IMG/VR virus record: IMGVR_UViG_3300024520_000049
Span: 78,596 to 142,595 of that record
Origin: a virus
Strand: one strand, 5' to 3'
Length of the DNA stretch: 64,000 bases
Shown: piece by piece, positions 57,220 to 64,000 of the stretch
Layout: each line of letters begins with the position of its first letter
Numbering within the stretch: the stretch's first letter is position 1
Made by a program: the position numbers and the translations under genes
The notes under the pieces: model-generated
The model's input: the letters and a program-made list of their open reading frames with translations, nothing else
What the model was told of the DNA's origin: nothing
Databases searched by the model: none

Positions 57220-57414
57220 ATGCAAAAAGGTGACTTACTACGATGCACAGAGTGCGGCTACAGGTTTGAGGACGATGATGTCCCAGTCTGCCCGAAGTGT
57301 GGAAGTGAGTCATATGTGGGGCCTGATACAGGCCTTAACGAAGACGAAGAGCTTGAGTATTACAAAACTTTCTATATTGACGAACTCGAAGAAGATGAGG
57401 AGGATGACGAATGA
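57220..57414 (+). CDS. small zinc-ribbon protein with acidic tail
   Basis: CTECG...CPKCGS. Confidence 0.65.
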   Translation: MQKGDLLRCTECGYRFEDDDVPVCPKCGSESYVGPDTGLNEDEELEYYKTFYIDELEEDEEDDE

Positions 57415-58136
57415 CAGATAAACCACAATCACGAGATAGTATTCTTGAGGCAATCTCCGGCGATACCGGACTGGCTATCGACGAGATTCGGGCAGCGCTG
57501 ACAAAGACTGTCAGTACTCCAGGAGATTACGCTGCTAAAGTGCACCAGGCCGCCGAGCCGTTGGAGCCCTTTTTTAACACCATTTTCACATATTATGTGG
57601 ACAGCGAGGATGTGCATACTTACTACTGGAATGGTTCTTTGGTGGATGCCCCAGGCGTGCTGCAGATGTTGCAGATGATCTGGTCCCAGGCTGAAACACT
57701 CAGCATCTCCCCTACGGAGCAAGCGCCACTTCAAATTAAGGAGATCGCACTGGCTCAGCCCGAGGACAACCGGGAGCACTTAGGCCAGCTCTTTGACGAT
57801 TTGGTATCCCACACATCGCCGGCCGAGGCCGCTGCCTGTTTGGTATTTGTAGCACAGGTGAACGACGAGAAGAAGACCGTTGACCGGATCGTTCACATGG
57901 CTCTCGGCCCTAAGAATGTTGTCGTCGGACTCTCCGCAAGTCTCTGCCACGCAATGGAGCACGTTCTGTATCAGGTAGTCCAGGCCATTAAGCAGGACAA
58001 GCCGGTGCAGGACCATCTCTACATGCGCCCAGCACCACCGGCGGAAGACGCACCATCCGGGCCTGATCCTATCCCGTTTAAGCCCGACAAGGCTAAGAGA
58101 AACAAGCGCAAAGCCGCGAGAAAGAAGCGTGGATGA
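57411..58136 (+). CDS. hypothetical protein
   Basis: GAGGAGG RBS, ATGA overlap. Confidence 0.7.
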   Translation: MTDKPQSRDSILEAISGDTGLAIDEIRAALTKTVSTPGDYAAKVHQAAEPLEPFFNTIFTYYVDSEDVHTYYWNGSLVDAPGVLQMLQMIWSQAETLSISPTEQAPLQIKEIALAQPEDNREHLGQLFDDLVSHTSPAEAAACLVFVAQVNDEKKTVDRIVHMALGPKNVVVGLSASLCHAMEHVLYQVVQAIKQDKPVQDHLYMRPAPPAEDAPSGPDPIPFKPDKAKRNKRKAARKKRG

Positions 58137-58710
58137 AGCACCATTACAGTCAACTCAGGACCTTATCGAGAACAGGTTCAACCCCACGCTCCCGGCAGAC
58201 GTCAAAGCTTACCTACTGATCGGGGAAGTGGACGTGGCCGGCAGAGGGTACGGGCTGGTTCACAGCAAGGGGGATCCCTCACAAACCGAGCTTATGCTGG
58301 AGGACAAGATACCTACGGCTATAAAGCACTTTGCGCTGATGCAGTCCTCGCCTAAGTACGCAACCCACCGGCGGCTAGTAATGGGCGAGCACCTCACACC
58401 CGAGCGCTCACTCTGGCTGCTCCGCTCCGCCAAGGTTTTAGAGGACGCTATGACAAGCTTCTTCCTAATCTGCGTGCAGGAGCCTAACAATCACTACATT
58501 GCAGTAATGCATGGTCGCAACATGCCGCTGACCTTTGTAAGTACGATCAATGCACTGCATATTATCGACGAGAATCGCCGAGAGAATGGACGTGCTGGGT
58601 TTATGCATCTGGTTGAGCCGCACATACCGATTGTGAAGCTGCCCCAGGAGCCTGCCCTGCCGCCTCCTGCACCCTCACCAATATGGCCGGATAAACACTG
58701 GATGAACTGA
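58129..58710 (+). CDS. hypothetical protein
   Basis: Overlaps upstream gene. Confidence 0.65.
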   Translation: MDEAPLQSTQDLIENRFNPTLPADVKAYLLIGEVDVAGRGYGLVHSKGDPSQTELMLEDKIPTAIKHFALMQSSPKYATHRRLVMGEHLTPERSLWLLRSAKVLEDAMTSFFLICVQEPNNHYIAVMHGRNMPLTFVSTINALHIIDENRRENGRAGFMHLVEPHIPIVKLPQEPALPPPAPSPIWPDKHWMN

Positions 58711-58721
58711 GGTGGAGATAA

Positions 58722-59120
58722 GTGGCCATGACGATTGACAAAGCCATAGCGCTATTGCAGAGCCTCACCTACAAGCCGCATTGGAAGCTGAAGGTGACAT
58801 ACAGTGAGGCCGACGATCTGGCCTACCTTCGGTTGAAGGTCAAGACGGAGTGCACACGCACAGGTGAGATGGTACAATTTGCTACCGATACGAAAATAGC
58901 CATCTCACCATACTGCAACCGACCACTGCAGTTTGACACTGGTGAGGCGGAGCTCTTACAGGCCGTCCGGCAGTGGATACACGAACTTGAACTACACGAA
59001 GCAGATGAATGGCTGCAGGTAGATGGGAAGATGGTCTTTGACCCACATCCCGTACCCTACAAGCCAGGACGAAGTTACGTAGAGGCAACGCCAGCTGGGC
59101 ACAGGCTTCAGAAGGTATGA
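58722..59120 (+). CDS. hypothetical phage protein
   Basis: YKPHW...ELHEADEWLQVDG..VFDPH. Confidence 0.7.
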   Translation: MAMTIDKAIALLQSLTYKPHWKLKVTYSEADDLAYLRLKVKTECTRTGEMVQFATDTKIAISPYCNRPLQFDTGEAELLQAVRQWIHELELHEADEWLQVDGKMVFDPHPVPYKPGRSYVEATPAGHRLQKV

Positions 59121-59416
59121 AGATGCGGATGGTTCATCCGGATGTGCGATCGCGGCCGGAAGGCTTTATGATCGTATTTCCCGACGACACAGCTCTTATC
59201 GTTTTCGAGCGCGGCTTAGATGGCGCTGTCGAATGTGGCAAAGCGCTGTGCCGTTTAGGTTACAGCCAATGGACGACAGACGACGGAACACTGTATTACG
59301 CAGGAATACTGGACGGGCATAACTATGAGCAGGAGGTCAGACACGGGTGGCTCGTTGAGGAGGCCTTGCAGAGCATGCGCCAGGAATTACACGAAGAGGA
59401 CGAAGATGAAGGATGA
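59117..59416 (+). CDS. hypothetical protein
   Basis: ATGA overlap. Confidence 0.6.
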   Translation: MKMRMVHPDVRSRPEGFMIVFPDDTALIVFERGLDGAVECGKALCRLGYSQWTTDDGTLYYAGILDGHNYEQEVRHGWLVEEALQSMRQELHEEDEDEG

Positions 59417-59690
59417 TAAAGAAGCCTTAGAGGGCTCTCGGGCCGCAGACGGCCAGGAGCCCGCAAATCAGCCTAAAGTCGCGCAGGAGCCGCCAGACGG
59501 CCACCAGCGGGCGAATTTGGCACGTAAGGTTGTCGACATGACAGCCTACATCGAAACGCTACAGATGCGTTACAAGGAGAGCTTAAACAAAGCAAACAGC
59601 CTGCTGGGAACAATTGAGCAGATAAGAGTGGAGCGGGATAAGCTCCAACGACTGCTTGATCATGATATGCAGGCGGGACCTCGTGGGTAA
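59406..59690 (+). CDS. hypothetical coiled-coil protein
   Basis: ATG 59406 after GAGGA; heptad pattern. Confidence 0.55.
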   Translation: MKDDKEALEGSRAADGQEPANQPKVAQEPPDGHQRANLARKVVDMTAYIETLQMRYKESLNKANSLLGTIEQIRVERDKLQRLLDHDMQAGPRG

Positions 59691-59852
59691 CCGCGACGAC
59701 ATCCCAAGTTCCCAGACGCTGGCCACTCTGGCCATGTTGGTGCTTCTCGCCATACTACTGCTGCTAACGGCAGTTCTCGGCGTATAGCCTGACGAAACCT
59801 CGGCACTTGTTTCAAAGTACCGAGGTATGTATCACCTGAACGGAGAGAATTC

Positions 59853-60119
59853 ATGGACGTGATGGAGCCTTGGGTATTCGTGGTTGTGTTCGTGGTAGTT
59901 GTAGAAATAGTCGTCTCGGCATTGCTGGTATACAGCATCTGCCGGGCGATTCGCCAGCAGAGTGTGGAGCTGAAGAAGACAGCAGCGCTTACTCTGAGGG
60001 TCCAGCTACACCTTGAGGAGGTAAACACAGGACAGACACAGATCTTAGAGACTCTGAAAGAAGTAACCCCAACCCTCGTGAAGATAAGCGAGATTTACCA
60101 AAAGGAGAAAGATGAGTGA
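59853..60119 (+). CDS. small membrane protein
   Basis: Val-rich TM segment; GGAG RBS. Confidence 0.65.
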   Translation: MDVMEPWVFVVVFVVVVEIVVSALLVYSICRAIRQQSVELKKTAALTLRVQLHLEEVNTGQTQILETLKEVTPTLVKISEIYQKEKDE

Positions 60120-60492
60120 TGACGTAACGCCTTGGCGCCCCGAGGATGCTGCAGAGCAAATGCGGGAGAAGATCAGGGAAGAATTCACCAAGCTCATCCC
60201 CGATGAGCAACTGGACAAAATGATCCAGGATACTATCACCAACTTTATGAGGACAGACCTCGACAAGTTGGTGCGACATAACCTCCAGCAGGAGATCGCG
60301 ACGCGTCTAAGGGATTACTTCGAAAAGCCAGAATGGCAGGAGCAGTGGTCTTATTCAGACGTTGATGGCGGCCAAGATATCGCCGGCGAAGCCGTGATGA
60401 AGTTAATAGAGAAGCACTCAATGTCGTTGATGCAGAGCATTCTCGCCAACGCAGTGCAGCAAGTGTTTACGAACATGCGCCACCAGCTGTAA
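60112..60492 (+). CDS. hypothetical protein
   Basis: AAGGAG RBS. Confidence 0.7.
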   Translation: MSDDVTPWRPEDAAEQMREKIREEFTKLIPDEQLDKMIQDTITNFMRTDLDKLVRHNLQQEIATRLRDYFEKPEWQEQWSYSDVDGGQDIAGEAVMKLIEKHSMSLMQSILANAVQQVFTNMRHQL

Positions 60493-60533
60493 GGTCGCTT
60501 GATTTAACAGCGATCACCAAGTAAAAAACCCAG

Positions 60534-60573
60534 AAGCCCGCCAAGCGCAAATATGCTGCTTGAGCGGGCTTTT
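60534..60573 (+). terminator. intrinsic terminator
   Basis: AAGCCCGCCAAGC/GCTTGAGCGGGCTT stem + T-run. Confidence 0.7.
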
Positions 60574-60606
60574 GATTTAATGGCCGCAGATTTATAGGAG
60601 ACGAAG

Positions 60607-60924
60607 ATGACGAAAGTGAATTTACGAGGAAGAGAGTGTGAAGTGCAGATGAGTCGTTACTGCGAGGGTGATCGCTTAGCGATTCGCCTGATCAGTGTAG
60701 AGGATGGGATGCCTGAGGCTGTGGCAACCATTAACGTACCGGGGATAAAATTGGCTGAGGACGAGGTCCTGCTCAAGGACTATTCCGAAGGTACGGCCGT
60801 GGTCGATGCTCTGGTGGAAGCCGGCGTTGTGGAGCTTGCCAAGCCTCGCAGAGCTTGCAAGGTCTCCTCATTTGTAACTACGCAGGTGTACAAGGTGCTG
60901 GTGGAGGTGCCCCAATGCGGTTGA
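60607..60924 (+). CDS. DUF4313-like phage protein
   Basis: Y...RLAIRL...G.PEAVATIN.P...L..DEVLLKDYSE. Confidence 0.55.
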   Translation: MTKVNLRGRECEVQMSRYCEGDRLAIRLISVEDGMPEAVATINVPGIKLAEDEVLLKDYSEGTAVVDALVEAGVVELAKPRRACKVSSFVTTQVYKVLVEVPQCG

Positions 60925-61421
60925 GCAAGGATCACTGCTTAAACCCGACAGTATCTACCTGCTGGTGGTGTGGAGGAGAAAAGAATGAGGTCATCCTCAC
61001 AGGCGCCGCTGGTGAGAAGATGGCTAAGTCTATGGGCTTTAAGGACGGGAAAATGCCCATGAACACCATCATGGATATGGACCCTTGCGACAAATGCCTG
61101 GGCCACCAGGAGCTCGGGGTAATGTTTGTGTCCGTAAAGGAAGATGACCTCGAGAAGTACGCTGAAGCTCAGTCGTACAACAAGGGGCTGGATCCAAACA
61201 ACCGACACCATCAGAACCTGTATAAGCGGGTCATTCCAGAGCGGACAGGCCCAATGTGCGTACTCACTGAAGAGGGTGCTCGCAAGCTCCCCATCGAGCC
61301 TCCCGAAATGCTTGAAGGGATCATCAAAAAGCGCTGCTGTATGGTTCCAGAGAGCGTATACGAAGCGTTCGGATTCCCTAACGAAGACATCAACAACCTG
61401 GAGGACGACGATGAAATATGA
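60915..61421 (+). CDS. hypothetical zinc-binding phage protein
   Basis: LNPTVSTCWWCG...PCDKC; GGAGG RBS. Confidence 0.7.
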   Translation: MRLSKDHCLNPTVSTCWWCGGEKNEVILTGAAGEKMAKSMGFKDGKMPMNTIMDMDPCDKCLGHQELGVMFVSVKEDDLEKYAEAQSYNKGLDPNNRHHQNLYKRVIPERTGPMCVLTEEGARKLPIEPPEMLEGIIKKRCCMVPESVYEAFGFPNEDINNLEDDDEI

Positions 61422-61998
61422 GTGCACCGAGGAGCTGTTTAACAAGGCTGTGGAAGCACACCAGATGATTGTTATCAGGGATGAAGGCCTTAGTCGACAC
61501 CTCCGGTTTAAGAAGCCGGAAACAACCGACATGTACTTCGACCTCATTACTTGGCGTGGGCATCTTTGCTACACTGGGGACATGGGAACGTATGTGTTTA
61601 CGCGTGTCGATGACATGTTCAAGTTCTTCAGAGGCGATCGCATCAATCCCGGCTACTGGGAAGAGAAGTGCATCGCCAGCCAAACCCGCATGAGAGGCAA
61701 CGGGATCAAGGCGTTTGATGTCGACACGTTCAATGACACAGTGCGTGAGTACATCAAGAATTACTGGGAACTGGATGTCGTCCCCGAGGACCTGCAGGCG
61801 GAGCTGGATCGTGAGGTACTTTGCCATCACGAGAATGAGTACGAGGCTTATCAAGCCGCGCACAACTTCAGCTTCAAAGAGTACAACTTCTACGACTGCG
61901 AAGGCCTCTGCGGGTGGATTTACACCTACCACTTCATCTGGTGCTTGCGGGCGTTGGTGTGGGGTATCAACCAGTACGACAAATCGAAGGAGGACTGA
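61411..61998 (+). CDS. conserved-looking phage hypothetical protein
   Basis: RHLRF...FDLITW.GHLCYTGDMGTYVF...INPGYWEEK. Confidence 0.75.
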   Translation: MKYECTEELFNKAVEAHQMIVIRDEGLSRHLRFKKPETTDMYFDLITWRGHLCYTGDMGTYVFTRVDDMFKFFRGDRINPGYWEEKCIASQTRMRGNGIKAFDVDTFNDTVREYIKNYWELDVVPEDLQAELDREVLCHHENEYEAYQAAHNFSFKEYNFYDCEGLCGWIYTYHFIWCLRALVWGINQYDKSKED

Positions 61999-62615
61999 TG
62001 CGGGGCGTATCATCTGCGCTTGCAGACAGGGACGGGGTGATGGCGGCAGTAATTCAAAATCACCCGAAACTCAACAAAATCCATGTGGCTGAATCCTACG
62101 CACAGCTTAGGCTCCAGCCGGATTTCACCTTCCGCATTATCATTGAGAGCATGGACCGACAACTGTTGGAGGATACTAATGCCGCGTCTGGGTAGGCCGG
62201 TCAAAGATGCTGCCTCTGCCCGGTGTTTATGCAGGAATCTCGGCAGTAGTAACGATAACCCGTTCCTTACCTCCAAGATTTGGCGCGGGTCCTGGTTCGG
62301 CCTTAAGCGCGCTATCATACGCGCCACCAATCCCGACTGGGCGCTGGACAACCAACTAGTGGAGGATTTTAGGGATGCGAAGACAGGTTCAGTGTTCCCT
62401 CAGAACGGGCGCCGTTAAAAACGAAGTTATCTGGGAGGTGCGGGAGATGCTTGCCTCCAACATACAAGCGGCAATATGGCGTGGCGTGAGGGGAGGACGA
62501 TACAAGGCCCAAAAGGTATGGAAGGAAATGGTGTACAATCCGTACACCGAAGCAGAATCTGAGTTGTGGCGACACGTCACAAGACCATTGATGGACGACA
62601 TAAAAGAGGACTCTT

Positions 62616-63152
62616 ATGAGTGAAAAAGACGAAGTAGTTGAGAAGTTGAAGCAGTCACAGCTGCTGCCGGAAGTACTGGTAGTGCCAGAAGAGCACCGGG
62701 CGATGGTAGATGAGCTGGAGGAGAACCTCCACGTCAGCGCACTCGCAGTCAAGCTGGCGAACAAGGATCACTACCACCGTCACAATGATTTCTGGAACTA
62801 TCTGCGTGAGCAGGTGTTTCCCGAGTCGACGATGACTACCACCACATACGTAGACGGCAAGGTCTTCCTCCGCCGACCAAGCTACGAGGAGCTCGAGCGG
62901 GAGGTGCGGCTGCTTAAGAAGATGTTTGTAAAGGATCAGAAGTATTCCTTAGCCGCAGAGATGCGTGATATGGAGAAGCTTGTGAGCGATGTGCAGGATC
63001 TGATCCAGACAGAGCCAGGGGTGCTCGTCGAGGCGCACCTCACGCTGAAGACCATGATTCAAGATGTGAGTCGTGAGATGGCGAAAAAGCACGGGTTTCA
63101 GTGGGACGGGCCAGCCGGGGAGGAGCCTGGCGGTGGAGAGCAGCCGTCTTGA
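62616..63152 (+). CDS. hypothetical protein
   Basis: GAGGA RBS, 178 aa. Confidence 0.7.
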   Translation: MSEKDEVVEKLKQSQLLPEVLVVPEEHRAMVDELEENLHVSALAVKLANKDHYHRHNDFWNYLREQVFPESTMTTTTYVDGKVFLRRPSYEELEREVRLLKKMFVKDQKYSLAAEMRDMEKLVSDVQDLIQTEPGVLVEAHLTLKTMIQDVSREMAKKHGFQWDGPAGEEPGGGEQPS

Positions 63153-63337
63153 GCTGCAGCTCCGTTCAAGGCCGTGGCTGAATGCCGAGCTGGCCTTGCC
63201 GGAGAACGGACAAGCAAAGCGACTCCTGATGGAGGCGCATTTAGGAATGCAGCATCATCTGAGGACAGTGGTGCACCCGGTAGAAGATCAGATGACAGCT
63301 GAGCACGGGCATGAGATCCTCGATTAGGGAGAAAGAA

Positions 63338-63568
63338 ATGGCGAAGAAAAAGACGGTAGCGCGGCTCTCAGAGATTCCTCTGGGCGGCCTGTTTGTACAC
63401 GTGGCACCCTATATCAAAGTGTCCAAAACTATGGGCTTGCCGGTTATTGCCACAGGCCGAGACGATGCTGTGACTAAGCGGAAGTTCAAAGCTAATCAGG
63501 AGGTGGAGCTTCCGAAGGCGCTTAAGATCACCGGCAAGCAGGGCTCCATGGTAAATGTTCAGTGGTGA
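63338..63568 (+). CDS. small basic hypothetical protein
   Basis: ATG after GGAG (MAKKKTVARL...). Confidence 0.55.
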   Translation: MAKKKTVARLSEIPLGGLFVHVAPYIKVSKTMGLPVIATGRDDAVTKRKFKANQEVELPKALKITGKQGSMVNVQW

Positions 63569-64000
63569 GCGTCAAAGACCGATTTCCGGACAACACGACG
63601 TTGGCGGATTTCGTGGATGTACGGATTGCGCATGAAGCACTGGAGCAGCTCTCCCGCGCATATGCTCACCCAGAGGGGGGCCCATGGGGGGTCCCTCTTC
63701 ACGTAGCAACACCCATAATGGAGCAGCTGGCCAATGAAACTTGTCGAGCGCAACTTATCTCGTACGTCGGACTCGGAGTTCAGTAGTGCCCGCGACCTTT
63801 CATGGGACGCGGTTGTCGACGCGACCTCTGAGGCGGCCTGGGATCTGATGGGGGATTTGTATTATGCGGGCCACCCATCCTGGCCCAACGACCCAGTGAT
63901 GTGGGTTCGCGAAGAGGTGGATCTAAACGTCTGGGACGACCATAACAATTAAGGAGGCGCAAATGCGCTTATGTAACAACATCGTAGACGTGCTGCACGA

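Noticed and set aside
1-64000. Alternative genetic code (stop-codon recoding)
   Set aside because: Genes are full length and densely packed under the standard code, and TAA, TAG and TGA all serve as stops.

Overview
The window is a 64-kb segment of a large (jumbo-like) dsDNA bacteriophage genome. It is gene-dense, almost all on the + strand, uses the standard genetic code and has no cellular housekeeping genes. From left to right it holds: (i) head/virion-associated genes rich in K-x-A motifs, fibre-like proteins and a possible lysis group (0.5-12 kb); (ii) a tubulin/FtsZ-family GTPase and a GpA-type large terminase (12-15.6 kb); (iii) a long recombination/replication operon (RNase H, SbcD, SbcC, SF2 helicase, DnaB, primase, UDG-fused family A polymerase, SSB, RecA, RecQ, HhH glycosylase, RuvC; 18.6-44.6 kb); (iv) glycosyltransferase-like genes; (v) a non-coding hub at 55-56.7 kb with 35-bp direct repeats and several structured RNAs; (vi) small early-type hypothetical genes. 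The most striking candidate system is a translationally coupled ubiquitin-like conjugation module inside the repair operon: a small protein ending in Gly-Gly, a JAB/JAMM peptidase, a minimal E1/ThiF enzyme and a 613-aa protein with a possible E2-like Cys domain. A stand-alone RAMP (Cas7/Csm3-like) gene follows it, with no CRISPR array in the window. Two tRNA-like RNAs keep the acceptor, D and T arms and CCA, but their anticodon arm is replaced by a large structured insert. All assignments come from motifs read by eye; no database searches were run.
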